64,000 nucleotides of DNA from Elusimicrobiota bacterium (GCA_016212885.1 JACRDO010000162.1:4985-68984); one strand, 5' to 3'. Shown: positions 18,303 through 28,603, numbered from the stretch's first letter. Translations and numbers: made by a program. Notes: a model not told the origin generated them from the letters alone.

Positions 18303-18370
18303 TGCACCCTCCTATAATACATTACAATCCTGCGGCGGATATTAGCATATCTGTGCGCAGCTTGGGTCTC

Positions 18371-20233
18371 CTACCGGAGGGTGACGGTGAGATCGGAGTC
18401 GAAGGTGGGGGTCTGCTCCCGGTTCTGGCGGCGGGCTTCGTCCTGTACGCGGGGCTGCAGGTACTCGAAGAGGCTCTTGGTGGTGATCCGGCCCGACGCA
18501 TCCTTGGCCTCGCCATTCAATCCCTTGAGGAGGAAGTAGGTGAATATCCCGTGGGACGCCTCCTTGTAGGTCGTCGTGATCTCGTCGGCCGAGGCCGCCG
18601 TCAGGAGGGACAGCTTGCCGCCGTGCCTCTTCTCGATGTCCACCCGGGTGACGAGCGGCCGCGCGCCTTGGGCCAGCACGGACCGGCCGCCCGCGCCCGA
18701 GAAGCAGGCGTCGAGCAAGATCACGACCTCACCCGCCTGGAGCGCGGCCAGAGCGTTGTAGAGCCGCTTGACCGGGTAGGCTGTGTCCGAGAGGAAGCCC
18801 GGGTCCCCGTCCCAGGGGACCAGGAAGGCCTCCCCCGTCTTCGGGTCCGGCGCGCCGTGCCCGGAGTAATAGAAGAACACGCGGCTCGAGGGCTTCACGT
18901 TGCGCGGCAGCCAGGACTCGAGGTACTTCTTGAACGACGCGAAGCCCGCCTGCGCGCCGGCGAGGTGGATGATGTTGCGCCGCGGGACGCCCAGCGCCTC
19001 GATATGGGAGAGGACGGCCCCCGCGTCCCGCTCCGCGAAATCAGCCTTGGGGATGGTCGAGTAGCCCTCTATCCCGATCACCAACGCGAAGTCGTCTTCG
19101 CGCGGGGCGGCCTTGTATGCCGCAAGGACGGGTGAGGGCGCCGGCGGCGCCGGACGCTCCTCCGCGCGCGGCGCGTCGGCGCGCTGCCTCGCGGCCGATG
19201 CGACGGCGGCGGGCGGGGGCAGGCCGCGAATCCGCCAGGCGGAGATCTTTCCGTCATTGCCCGCCGCCGCAAGCCACTGCCCGTCGCGGCTGAGCGCGAC
19301 CGAGACGACCGCCGAGTCCTGCGGGAGGGCCGTGATCTCCGCCTTCCGGCCGACGTCCCAGAGGTGAACGGTTTTGTCCGGGCCGCCCGACGCGGCCAAA
19401 CGTCCGCCGTCGTCCAAGGCGACGGAGACGACCTCCTGCATGTGGCCGGAGAAGACGGCGAGCTCCTCGCCGGTCGAGGCGCTGCGCAGCTTCACGAGGT
19501 GGCTCCAGACGGGCGCTCCGGCGCGCGCGCGCCGGCTGCCTTCCCGGCTCTTGACTTCGGTGAGTCCCATCGCGAAGATGTCGGACCCCGCCGAGAAGGC
19601 GACGGAAACGACCTCCCCGTACCGGCTCGCGGACTCGCTCAGGGTCCTGCGCTCCTTCCTCCCGGCCACATCCCACAGGCGGACCGTCTTGTCGCCGCTC
19701 GCCGAGATGAGGCCCTGGCCGTCCGGAGTGAAGGTCAGCGCGAGGATCTTCCCCTCATGGCCCGTCAGCCGGCCCTGGCTCTTGCCGAACTTGACGTTCC
19801 AGAGCTCGATGGTCCCGCCGTCGTCCCCTGAGGCGACGGTCGCGCCGTCCGGGCTGAAGGCCACGGCCCCGACCGATTTGGAGAGCCCCGTGATCGACTG
19901 GACGGCCCGTCCGCTCGCGACCTCCCAGAGCATGACGGTCCGGTCGTCGGCTCCCGTGGCCAGCGTCCGCCCGTCGGGAGCGATCGCCGCGGCGCGGACA
20001 CGGCTTCGGTGCCCCTGGAGGGCGGCAAGCCGGGTCCCCTTATCGAGGTCCCAGACGGATATCGTTTTGTCGTCCCCGATGGACACGAGCCCGCCGGCGG
20101 GGCCGAACGCGAGCCCCCGGATGCCCCTGCCGGCCATCAGGACGTGCTGAAGGTCGCAGGAGATCGCGGACTCCTGCGAACCCAACGGGGCGGGGAGGCT
20201 TAGGGCGGCGAGGACCAGCCATACGGCGATCAT
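18371..20233 (-). CDS. secreted WD40-repeat / caspase-like (peptidase C14) fusion protein
   Basis: Signal peptide. About 7 WD40 repeats (GH...WD/WN/WE motifs). The C-terminal caspase fold has a His-Cys dyad (FFYYSGHGAPD ... VVILLDACFSG). Confidence 0.75.
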   Translation of the reverse strand: MIAVWLVLAALSLPAPLGSQESAISCDLQHVLMAGRGIRGLAFGPAGGLVSIGDDKTISVWDLDKGTRLAALQGHRSRVRAAAIAPDGRTLATGADDRTVMLWEVASGRAVQSITGLSKSVGAVAFSPDGATVASGDDGGTIELWNVKFGKSQGRLTGHEGKILALTFTPDGQGLISASGDKTVRLWDVAGRKERRTLSESASRYGEVVSVAFSAGSDIFAMGLTEVKSREGSRRARAGAPVWSHLVKLRSASTGEELAVFSGHMQEVVSVALDDGGRLAASGGPDKTVHLWDVGRKAEITALPQDSAVVSVALSRDGQWLAAAGNDGKISAWRIRGLPPPAAVASAARQRADAPRAEERPAPPAPSPVLAAYKAAPREDDFALVIGIEGYSTIPKADFAERDAGAVLSHIEALGVPRRNIIHLAGAQAGFASFKKYLESWLPRNVKPSSRVFFYYSGHGAPDPKTGEAFLVPWDGDPGFLSDTAYPVKRLYNALAALQAGEVVILLDACFSGAGGRSVLAQGARPLVTRVDIEKRHGGKLSLLTAASADEITTTYKEASHGIFTYFLLKGLNGEAKDASGRITTKSLFEYLQPRVQDEARRQNREQTPTFDSDLTVTLR

Positions 20234-20263
20234 AGCGCCCGGCCTCTTTCTGATGCGCGCGCC

Positions 20264-20823
20264 CTACGGAATGATCGCGCCAATATACTCGGCGATGATC
20301 CTTCCCATGTCGGAGGGCAATGTGCGGTCGCTGCTGCCCATCGTCCACGCGGCGCCCATGGCATTGTTGGCCGTCGAGAGCAGCTTTTCGCGCACCACCT
20401 CTCCGGTGGCGGCATCGGTGAGCGTCAACTGCACGCTCATGTCCGAACTGCCCACCATGGCCCCGAGCCAGAGCCGCGCGCCGCCGCTCACGATCCTCAT
20501 GTTGACGACCGAGCCTTTCAGGAGGAGGGCATTTTTGTAATTCGCGCCGGCCTTCGCCTTCGTCACCGTATCGAAGAGCCTTTTTGATATCAAGGCCGAC
20601 ATGGCGGAGCTCTCGCATTCAGACACCGCCTTGGGGTAGTCCGTCGCGAGCTTCGGATCTATCTCGAAATCCTGGAAGACGAGCTTCGAATACCGCTGCG
20701 TCAGGGGAACCTCTTTTTCCTGCACCCTGAGGGCCCGATTGCCCCCGCAGGCGGACAAGACCATCGCTCCCAACAGAACGGCCGCGGACAGGACCAGATT
20801 TCCGAATGAAGTCCTTGTATTCA
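20264..20823 (-). CDS. lipoprotein, function unknown
   Basis: Start at MNTRTSF (ATG 20823) preceded by GGAGGAG. Lipobox LSACGG. Confidence 0.55.
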
Positions 20824-20867
20824 TGATAAGGCTCCTCCCCATTTTGGCCAGACGTACCGCGCGCAGC

Positions 20868-21530
20868 TCAATAATAATCCCCATCCCCGCCCCTAAATAA
20901 CCTGAAGGCGACGCCCAATTGGACCATCAAGCCGCTGAAATCCAGTTCATTGCGGTTCGCGACCCAGCCGTGATGGGTCGTCACCTTCAGGGGCGGCATG
21001 GCAAGATAGTCCAAGCTCGCCTGGAAGGAACACGTCTTCCCGACATTGAAGACCACGCCAAGCATGGGGCCCGTCCCGGGCTCGATGCTCACGTCGCCGG
21101 AATCGGATGATATCCCGGTCCATTGGGGCCTGATGTTCACGACGCTCAGATGCGGGCCGAGGGTGACGACCCGGCCGAGCTTGAACTTCAACGCCGCATC
21201 GCCGAAATAGAGGGGCCCGTAAAATGCCCCGACGAATCCGCCGGCGCCGCCGGTCAAGTCCAGGTAGGCGAAAGGCATCTCGATGCCCACCCCGATCTTC
21301 GTTGTCGGGGACCAGCTCATCCCGCTATTGACCGTATCCGTATAGCTATAGGAATACCACCCCCCATAGTACGACTTGCTGACATTGAAGCCCGTGAGAT
21401 TACTGCTGTTCAGGAAGTTCCCCGGCATGATGTCGAAGACCATGTTCACGCCCGCGAACGCCCTGCACGGAACAAGACATGCGGCCAGAGCGAGCGCGGA
21501 GATCGCCCAGGCTTTGTTGATCGCTTTCAT
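20868..21530 (-). CDS. secreted beta-rich protein, possible outer-membrane protein
   Basis: Signal peptide MKAINKAWAISALALAACLVPCRAFAG. Gly/aromatic-rich amphipathic strands. Preceded by AGGGAGAG. Confidence 0.5.
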   Translation of the reverse strand: MKAINKAWAISALALAACLVPCRAFAGVNMVFDIMPGNFLNSSNLTGFNVSKSYYGGWYSYSYTDTVNSGMSWSPTTKIGVGIEMPFAYLDLTGGAGGFVGAFYGPLYFGDAALKFKLGRVVTLGPHLSVVNIRPQWTGISSDSGDVSIEPGTGPMLGVVFNVGKTCSFQASLDYLAMPPLKVTTHHGWVANRNELDFSGLMVQLGVAFRLFRGGDGDYY

Positions 21531-21603
21531 TTTGCTCTCCCTTTAATAAGCACTCTGAGCCGAGGCCTGAGGCTGCGTGTCGCGCCATGCTACACAATTT
21601 CGC

Positions 21604-22839
21604 TCATTTATGCCATCTCTTGAAGATGAGAGAAGTGTTCACGCCGCCGAACGCGAAGTTGTTGGTCATCAAGTACTCGACCTGGAGCTCGCGGGGGGCG
21701 CCGATGACGTAGTCCAGCTTCCCGCAGCGCGGATCCACGTTCTTCAGATTGAGCGTGGGAGCGACCCATCCCTCCCGCATCATATGGACGGATATCCAGG
21801 CTTCCAGCGCGCCGCACGCGCCCAGCGTGTGCCCCATGTAGCTCTTCAAGGAGCTGATCGGCAGGCGCTCGCCGAATATCCGCTGCGTGGCCTGGCTTTC
21901 CGCGATGTCGCCGAGCTCCGTAGCGGTGCCGTGCGCGTTGACATAGCCGACGGCCGAAGGATCCAGCCGGGCATCCTCCAAGGCCAGGCGCATCGCCCGC
22001 TCCATCCCCTCGCTTGAGGGGTTCGTCATGTGCACCCCGTCGCAGTTGGTGGCGTAGCCTGCCAGCTCGGCGAGGATGGCCGCACCTCGGGCTTTGGCAT
22101 GGTCAAAGTCCTCCAGAACCAGAGTGGCCGAACCTTCGCCCACCACCAGGCCGTCCCGTTCCACGTCGAAGGGCCGCGGCGCGCAATGAGGCGTCTCGTT
22201 CTTGGTGGAGGTGGCGTACATGATGTCGAACACCACGGCGTCAATCACATGGAGTTCCTCCGCGCCGCCGCCCACCATGACGGCTTGTTTGCCGTACTTC
22301 ACGGACTCGTAGGCGTACCCGATGCCCTGGCTCCCGGCCGTGCAGGCCGAGCAGGTGGGGATCACCCGGCCCTTGATGCCGAAAAACTGGCCGAGGTTCG
22401 CGGCGCAGGTGTGGCTCATCAGTTGGATGTAGGTGACCGGCGAGACGCCCTTGACGCTCTTGTTGACATAGATCAGCCGGCAGTATTCCTCCATCGCGGG
22501 CGGGGAGCCGGAGGTGGACCCGAACGAGATCCCGGTCGATCCGTCGCTCAGGATGGGAGAATCCAGCAGCTTCGCTTCCATCAGCGCGAGCTCGGTGGAG
22601 CGCGCCGCCATCAGGGCCACCCGTCCCATGGTGCGGATCTTCTTGCGCGGGTAGTGGTCCGGCGCGGCGAAATCCGCCACCCGGCCTGCCAGCCGGGTCA
22701 GCATGCCCTCGACCCCGCCCCAATCCGGCATCGCGACGATGCCGGACTTCATCCCCCGCAGGTTCTCCCGCACCGTCGGCCAATCCTGCCCGAGCGGGCA
22801 GAGCCCCGCCATCCCAGTCACGACGACCCGTTTGGTCAC
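21604..22839 (-). CDS. fabF: beta-ketoacyl-ACP synthase (KAS I/II family)
   Basis: Active-site Cys in IPTCSACTAGS; His motifs (YVNAHGTAT, KSYMGHTLGACG); C-terminal NNFAFGGVNTSLIF. GTG start at 22839 overlaps the fabG stop (ATGTTGTGA). Confidence 0.8.
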   Translation of the reverse strand: MTKRVVVTGMAGLCPLGQDWPTVRENLRGMKSGIVAMPDWGGVEGMLTRLAGRVADFAAPDHYPRKKIRTMGRVALMAARSTELALMEAKLLDSPILSDGSTGISFGSTSGSPPAMEEYCRLIYVNKSVKGVSPVTYIQLMSHTCAANLGQFFGIKGRVIPTCSACTAGSQGIGYAYESVKYGKQAVMVGGGAEELHVIDAVVFDIMYATSTKNETPHCAPRPFDVERDGLVVGEGSATLVLEDFDHAKARGAAILAELAGYATNCDGVHMTNPSSEGMERAMRLALEDARLDPSAVGYVNAHGTATELGDIAESQATQRIFGERLPISSLKSYMGHTLGACGALEAWISVHMMREGWVAPTLNLKNVDPRCGKLDYVIGAPRELQVEYLMTNNFAFGGVNTSLIFKRWHK

Positions 22840-23561
22840 AACATGCCCCCGTTCACGGAGATGCACTGGCCCGTAATATAGGCCGCTCCTTGAGAGAAGA
22901 GGAAGGCGACGGCGGCGGCCACCTCCTCCGGCTGGCCCACGCGATGCAGCGGGATGGCCTTCACGATTGAATCCAGCGGCAGCCCATCGATCATCTCGGT
23001 CTCGATGAGGCCCGGTGCGACGCAGTTGACGGTGATCTGCCGCTTCCCCAGCTCCCTGGAGAGCGCCTTGGCCGCGCCGATGATCCCCGCCTTGGCCGCG
23101 CTGTAGTTGACCTGGCCGCGGTTGCCCGCGATCCCGGACAGCGATGACATGGCGACGATGCGCCCGCCCTGCTTTGCGCGAACCATTTCCATGGCGAGCG
23201 GCGAGAGGACGTTGAAGAACCCGTCGAGGTTCGTCCGCAGGACTATGTCCCATTGCTCGCCGGTAAGCGCGGGGAACGGCGCGTCCGCGATGGCGCCGGC
23301 GTTGCACACGACGCCCCAGAAGACGCCGCGGCGCTGGATGTCTTCGGCCAGCGCACGACGCGTCCCTGGGCGGTCGCAGACGTCGAAGGGCAGGAGACTC
23401 CCGGAACCGCCGCCGGCCAGGATGCGCGCGAGAGCCTCGTTCGCCGCGGCCTGGCTGCTCTTGTAGTTGACCGCCACATCGAATCCGTCGGCCGCCAAGC
23501 GCAGGGCGGTGGCGAGCCCGATGCCGCGGCTTGCGCCCGTGACCAGAACTCTTCTCTTCAA
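22836..23561 (-). CDS. fabG: 3-oxoacyl-ACP reductase (SDR family)
   Basis: TGASRGIG cofactor motif and a YSAAK catalytic motif. 241 aa. Confidence 0.85.
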   Translation of the reverse strand: MKRRVLVTGASRGIGLATALRLAADGFDVAVNYKSSQAAANEALARILAGGGSGSLLPFDVCDRPGTRRALAEDIQRRGVFWGVVCNAGAIADAPFPALTGEQWDIVLRTNLDGFFNVLSPLAMEMVRAKQGGRIVAMSSLSGIAGNRGQVNYSAAKAGIIGAAKALSRELGKRQITVNCVAPGLIETEMIDGLPLDSIVKAIPLHRVGQPEEVAAAVAFLFSQGAAYITGQCISVNGGML

Positions 23562-24025
23562 AGCTCGCTCTCCTCAAGGAACCGCTCGATCTCCTTGGGC
23601 CGATACAGGTTCAACTGAGCGGCGACGAGCGTCCGCCGGGTTACGGCGTCCTGAACCGAACAATCGAAGACGAACAACTCCCCCTCCCCCCAGACGCGCC
23701 GCGCCGACACGTGCAGCGTCTGCCCCGGGGTGAAGCCCCGCGTCCGGATGTCGACGCGCCGCGAACCCAGCAGAAAGCCGACACTGGGCCCTACGCCGCG
23801 GGCCCGGTCGGCCATCCCGGCGTGGGCGGCCACGGCCTGCGCCATGTATTCCAGGCCGACCCAGGCCGGGACTTCCCCGTCCTCCAGGAACATCGACTCC
23901 GGGGTGAGAACCGCATCGCAGACGGTCCCCTGCGCGTCATGGCTGATGACGCGGCGCAAGAGCACCATGCGGCCGGAATGCGGCACGACGTCCCTTGCCT
24001 CTACCGGGGGTGTAAGAGTGTCCAT
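23558..24025 (-). CDS. hotdog-fold 3-hydroxyacyl-ACP dehydratase (FabZ/FabA-like, ApeI-like)
   Basis: About 150 aa with an FabZ-like core (GRMVLLRRVISHD ... AWVGLEYMAQ). Lies between the KS-like gene and fabG. Confidence 0.6.
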   Translation of the reverse strand: MDTLTPPVEARDVVPHSGRMVLLRRVISHDAQGTVCDAVLTPESMFLEDGEVPAWVGLEYMAQAVAAHAGMADRARGVGPSVGFLLGSRRVDIRTRGFTPGQTLHVSARRVWGEGELFVFDCSVQDAVTRRTLVAAQLNLYRPKEIERFLEESEL

Positions 24026-24780
24026 TGCCAGCGCCTTTGCCCGATGCGCATCTCAAGCGCGTCCTGCCCGCCGACGTGCCAGCGCAGGAAGTCCAGCGCG
24101 GGTATCCCGATCGTCCCGTCCGACCCTGCGCCGTCTCCGCCTGCCGGCCCGCCGAATCCCAGGGCGACCCGGCCTGAGCCCGGCTCCCCTTCGGCCTCCA
24201 GGAGCAGGGCCACGGAATACGGGATGCAGCGCCCTCCGACCAGTCCGTTGAACGGTTCCGGGAGGACGTCCTCCACGGCGACGAGCAGGACCGGCCGGGC
24301 CGGGTCATGCCTCAACATGCCGGCCGCGTCCAGGAAACCGTAGCAGAACGAGGCCTCGCCTCCGGCGATGGACCGGGAGGCCTGGCGGTTCTTCGCCACG
24401 AGACCCCAGTACCCGGCAGCGGTGTGATGCACCGAATTGGTGAAATCGGCAGGCAGGAGCGTGTCTTTCTCGCTGAGCGCCTTCAAGAGGCGCGCCATCA
24501 CCGCCATGTCTCCATGCCGGGATGCGACGACCAGGCGCACCGCGTCGCAGGGCGCCCCCGCGTCCCGGCAGCACGAGTAGGCGGTGTTGAGCGCCATGCG
24601 GTTGAAGCGGCTCATGCGGCGGCCCAGCATGGGGGCGATGAACCCCACGTCGGGGGCGCCGTCGAGCGGGATTTCCCCGGGGGACTTCAGGAACCCGAGC
24701 CATTTCGACTTATCGCTCAGACCAGGCGCCCAGGCGGCCCACTCACGCACTGAGACCGGGGGGACGCCCGCAGCTACCAC
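24001..24780 (-). CDS. beta-ketoacyl synthase N-terminal-domain-like protein (chain-length-factor-like partner)
   Basis: About 259 aa resembling only the N-terminal half of a KS (APMLGRRMSRFNRMALNTAYSC...). GTG start at 24780 is preceded by GGGAGG and overlaps the upstream KS stop (GTGGTAG). The track reports only the wrong-frame composite 24001..26043. Confidence 0.5.
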   Translation of the reverse strand: MVAAGVPPVSVREWAAWAPGLSDKSKWLGFLKSPGEIPLDGAPDVGFIAPMLGRRMSRFNRMALNTAYSCCRDAGAPCDAVRLVVASRHGDMAVMARLLKALSEKDTLLPADFTNSVHHTAAGYWGLVAKNRQASRSIAGGEASFCYGFLDAAGMLRHDPARPVLLVAVEDVLPEPFNGLVGGRCIPYSVALLLEAEGEPGSGRVALGFGGPAGGDGAGSDGTIGIPALDFLRWHVGGQDALEMRIGQRRWQWTLLHPR

Positions 24781-25994
24781 CGTTGCCTCCCTATGACCAC
24801 TGAGCAGTTGCTGCCGCCGAAGCCGAACGAATTGCTCATGAACGCGCGTCCCGCGCCGGTCTCGAGGAATTGGCCGGGCTTCGTCAGGGCGAGCGCGCAG
24901 AGGGCCGAGTCTTTCTCGCCGTCCCAGCAATGGGGCGGCAGGAGGATCTTCCCGTCGATGGGACTGGCCAGGGCGAGCCAGCAGAAACCGACCTCCATGG
25001 CGCCGGCTGCCCCCAGCGTATGCCCGATCAGCGGCTTGGTCGAACTCGCCGGCACTCCGGGCAGTATCCGTGAGACCGCCTTGCTCTCCATCTTGTCGTT
25101 GAGCTCCGTCCCCGTCCCATGTAGGTTGATGTAGTCGATGGCGCCGGCCTCCAAGCCCGCGTCCGCCAGCGCGGCGGCCATGGCCGCCGCCGCGCCGACC
25201 CCTTCCGGATCGGGGGCGGACATATGGTGGGCGTCGGAGGACTCTCCGACGCCCAGGAGCTGGATCCCGCCTTCGGCTCGGGTTAGAAGGAACAGCGCCG
25301 CCCCCTCCCCGACGTTGAACCCGCGGCGGTTGCGGCTCATGGAGTTGCACGGCGACTGCGAAGTCGCCTGCAGGGAGCCGAAGCCCTGGACGGTCAGCCG
25401 GCATAGGGAATCCGCGCCCCCCGTCATGACCGCGTCGCAGAGCCCCATCTCCAGCAGCGCCTGCGCGCAGGAGAAGACCTTGGCGCTGGAGGAACAGGCG
25501 GTCGAGAGGGTATAGGCCGGGCCCGAGACCCCGCAGCACTCGGCCAGGAAGAGCGCCAGTCCGCCCAACTCGTGCTGGGAGTAGGAGTAATCCGCGGGCG
25601 CCAGCCCCGTCTCCCGCCACGACGCATAGGCGGCCTCCGAGGCCGCGACTCCCGATGTGCTGGAGCCCATGACCACGCCGACGCGGGCGGGCCCGTGCTC
25701 CCGGACCGCGGCGCGCACCTCCGCCTCGATCTGCCGCAGCGCGCACAGGGCGAGCGAATTGTTGCGGCAGCGATAGCGCCTCAGGCCGTCCGGCACCTGG
25801 GGAAGCGCGGCGTCCACCCGTCCGACGCGGACCGACTGGCCGGGGAAGAGTTCCTCGTCCATGACCAGGGAGCCCTGGTCGCCTTGCGCCAGCCGGGTCC
25901 AGATCGTCCTGGTGTCCGACCCCAGCGAGTTCACCATCCCAAGGGCGGACAAGCGGCTGATGCCGCGCCCCGTCGCTTCCGTCCTGGGCCTCAC
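24774..25994 (-). CDS. beta-ketoacyl-ACP synthase (ApeO-like KS)
   Basis: Active-site Cys (TLSTACSSS); His motifs (INLHGTGTELND, KPLIGHTLGAAG); FGFGGSNCSVVI C-terminus. Start overlaps the lyase stop by 4 nt. Confidence 0.8.
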   Translation of the reverse strand: MRPRTEATGRGISRLSALGMVNSLGSDTRTIWTRLAQGDQGSLVMDEELFPGQSVRVGRVDAALPQVPDGLRRYRCRNNSLALCALRQIEAEVRAAVREHGPARVGVVMGSSTSGVAASEAAYASWRETGLAPADYSYSQHELGGLALFLAECCGVSGPAYTLSTACSSSAKVFSCAQALLEMGLCDAVMTGGADSLCRLTVQGFGSLQATSQSPCNSMSRNRRGFNVGEGAALFLLTRAEGGIQLLGVGESSDAHHMSAPDPEGVGAAAAMAAALADAGLEAGAIDYINLHGTGTELNDKMESKAVSRILPGVPASSTKPLIGHTLGAAGAMEVGFCWLALASPIDGKILLPPHCWDGEKDSALCALALTKPGQFLETGAGRAFMSNSFGFGGSNCSVVIGRQRW

Positions 25995-27556
25995 GGCCGC
26001 CCCCCCTCGTAGAGCCTCCAGGACTTGGCCCGCGCCTGCTCAAGGAGCCAGCGCAGATCCTCGTCCATGGGGCGATCCTCTTCGAGGAAGGGGACGTTCC
26101 GGCGCACCGCGGCGCTGAGTTCGCGGGCCTCTTCCGACAGCAGGCCCGGATCCAACTCGGCCCTCCGGGTCCGGATGTCCAGCCCCTGCAGGGCGCCCAG
26201 CAGCGCGGCCACCGCCACCTGCTCGCAAAGATCGAGGACGCGCAGACAGTCCCGGGCGGCGATGGTCCCCAGGCTGACCTTGTCCTGGTTATGGGACTCG
26301 GTCGAACGCGAGAAGACGCTGGCGGGCATGGCCAGCTTCAGGGCCTCGGCGGCCCAAGCGGAGGTTCCGATCTGCAGGGCTTTGAAGCCGTGATTGATGG
26401 GCGCCCGCTCGGCGGATGCCCCCGAAATGTTCGGCGGCAGGCCGTGGCTGGTCCGCGGATCGACCAGGAGCGCCATCTGGCGGTCCATAAGGTCAGCCAG
26501 GTTCGCCACAGCGGTCTTCATGCAGTCCATGACGAAGGCGATATGCCCGCCGTAGAAATTTCCCCCATGCAGGATCGTCCGGTTCGGGCCGTCGACGATA
26601 GGGTTGTCGTTGACGCTGTTGAGCTCCGTCTCGATCTGCCGGCGCATCCAGGGCATCGCGTCCGCCAGCACGCCGATGATGTGAGGCGCGCATCGGATAG
26701 AGTAGCTGTCCTGAAGCCGGCGGCCAGCGGCTTCGCCGCCCTTGTCGAGGCAGCGCTGCAGGTCCGTCCGGATCCACGCCGCGACCTGGGCCGGGCCCGG
26801 GTGGCCCTTCAGCTCGAAGAGACGCGCGTCGAACTGACCCGGGTTCCCCTTCAGGGCGATGGCGGCGAAGGCCGTGATCCGGCTCGCCAAGCGAGCGAGG
26901 TAGGAGGCCCGGTCGAAGGCGAGGCAGGCCAGGGCGGTCATCACGCTCGTCCCGTTCATGACTGCCAATCCTTCCTTGGGCGCGAGCTTCAGCGGCTGCC
27001 GCCCTATCTCCCGATGGACGTCGGCCGCGCTCCGGCGCCGGCCCTCATAGACCACATCGCGTTCGCCGATCAAAGCCGCGGCCACGTAGGACAGGGGCGT
27101 CAGGTCCCCGCTGGCGCCCACCGAGCCTTCCTCCGGGATCAGGGGCAGGATCGGCCGGTTGATGAAATCCGCCAGGCGCTCGAGGAGCACCCAGCGCACC
27201 CCGGAATAGCCCCGGGCGAGGGAGGCGAGCCTGGCCGCGAGGATGGCCCGGGTCGCGGGCTCGTCGAACATCCGCCCCAGCCCGCAGCCGTGATACCGCG
27301 TTATTTGCCGCGGCAGCTCCTCCACGAGCGCGTTGGGGATCCTGCGGTCCAGGGAAAAGCCGTACCCCGTGTTCACCCCGTAGACGCTCGCGTTCCCCCG
27401 CCACAGGTCGTCGACGAACTCCACCCCGCGGTCCACCCGCTCGCGCCACTGCGGGTCGTCGGAGAGCGACACCCGGGCGCCCCCCGTGGCCAAGGCCAGG
27501 ATGTCTTCTATCGTCCAACTCCCGCCGCCGGCGATGACGTCGCGCTCCGAACTCAC
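25991..27556 (-). CDS. aromatic amino-acid ammonia-lyase (HAL/TAL/PAL family)
   Basis: Ala-Ser-Gly MIO-forming triad in GSVGASGDLTPLS. 521 aa, typical family length. Confidence 0.85.
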   Translation of the reverse strand: MSSERDVIAGGGSWTIEDILALATGGARVSLSDDPQWRERVDRGVEFVDDLWRGNASVYGVNTGYGFSLDRRIPNALVEELPRQITRYHGCGLGRMFDEPATRAILAARLASLARGYSGVRWVLLERLADFINRPILPLIPEEGSVGASGDLTPLSYVAAALIGERDVVYEGRRRSAADVHREIGRQPLKLAPKEGLAVMNGTSVMTALACLAFDRASYLARLASRITAFAAIALKGNPGQFDARLFELKGHPGPAQVAAWIRTDLQRCLDKGGEAAGRRLQDSYSIRCAPHIIGVLADAMPWMRRQIETELNSVNDNPIVDGPNRTILHGGNFYGGHIAFVMDCMKTAVANLADLMDRQMALLVDPRTSHGLPPNISGASAERAPINHGFKALQIGTSAWAAEALKLAMPASVFSRSTESHNQDKVSLGTIAARDCLRVLDLCEQVAVAALLGALQGLDIRTRRAELDPGLLSEEARELSAAVRRNVPFLEEDRPMDEDLRWLLEQARAKSWRLYEGGRP

Positions 27557-28554
27557 GTTCGTCCACCCCAGAAATCATAGAAATTGAACCACTGATAAGG
27601 CGCTTTGCGGCAGTAGAACTCCAGCCGCAGGGCATACCGCCGCAGGAGATAGTCGAGCCGCTCATCGCGCGACCGGCGCGGCAGCACGATGCGGTCGGCA
27701 AACTCCTCCGCGTAGAGTTCATATGTCCGGTCTCCGGTCCGCAGCCCGAAGGTCAGCATGACCGGGCACTCCAGCAGACTCGCCAGGATCAACGGGCCCT
27801 GGGGGAAGGCGGCCTCCCGCCCCAGGAAGGGGATCCAGGATGTCCGCTCATGCCTCCCTCCGCTCTTGGGTCCGACCCGATCTCCGTGTATGGCGATCAA
27901 TTCGCCTCGCCGGATGCATTGCAGGAGCTCGAAGACCGTCTCAACGCTGGAGGGAGCGTATTCCACGATGCGGATGTTCCCCTGGCTGTGAAGCCGCTTG
28001 AGCTCGGTGGAGATGTTCCGGGAATTGCCGCGGAACATCAGGGCGTTGATGGTGATCCCCAGCCTCTCCGCGAGGATCCGCATGACGTCGATGCTGCCCA
28101 GATGCGCGCCGAGCAGAACCGCTCCCCGCTTCTCGCGCGCCAGACGTTCCAGCAGGTCGTGCCCATGTCGGGAGAACACGTAGTCGCGGGTCTCGCCGCT
28201 GATGATGGCCGGCCGGTCCAGGATCATCCGCGCGAACTCCAGGAAATGCCTGAAAACGTGCCGCCAGGTGGGCGCTCCGGGGCCGGGCATCGAGTCGGGG
28301 TGCTCCAATCTCAGACGCAGGAAATAATCCAGGGAAGCGCGGCGTTCCCGGGCATGCCGCAGGAAGAAATACGCCACGATGGGATAGAGCAGCGCCGCAG
28401 CGACGCGCCGGCCGCAGAGGCGGTAGGTCCACAACATGAAGGTTATTCCCCACCGGGAGCCCTTCTCTCCCAGATGGTACCATCGCGGCGCCTGGCCCGC
28501 GCGGGTCTGCGCAGCCGACTTCGACCTCGGCTCGCCGCTCAGGGTGGCGGTCAT
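27553..28554 (-). CDS. LpxL/HtrB-like lipid A biosynthesis acyltransferase family protein (ApeD-like LPLAT)
   Basis: N-terminal hydrophobic anchor. Family-typical length (333 aa) and sequence pattern. Positioned as in APE clusters. Confidence 0.65.
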   Translation of the reverse strand: MTATLSGEPRSKSAAQTRAGQAPRWYHLGEKGSRWGITFMLWTYRLCGRRVAAALLYPIVAYFFLRHARERRASLDYFLRLRLEHPDSMPGPGAPTWRHVFRHFLEFARMILDRPAIISGETRDYVFSRHGHDLLERLAREKRGAVLLGAHLGSIDVMRILAERLGITINALMFRGNSRNISTELKRLHSQGNIRIVEYAPSSVETVFELLQCIRRGELIAIHGDRVGPKSGGRHERTSWIPFLGREAAFPQGPLILASLLECPVMLTFGLRTGDRTYELYAEEFADRIVLPRRSRDERLDYLLRRYALRLEFYCRKAPYQWFNFYDFWGGRT

Positions 28555-28603
28555 GACCGCCTCCTTATGGCCCGGTCACAGCCATCCCTTCCGCCAGGCT
28601 CAG

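Noticed and set aside
24001-26043. 680-aa track ORF spanning two genes
   Set aside because: Only its C-terminal 259 codons (24001-24780) look like protein, a KS-N-terminal-like domain. The upstream part is the wrong frame of the KS gene 24774..25994. It was split accordingly.
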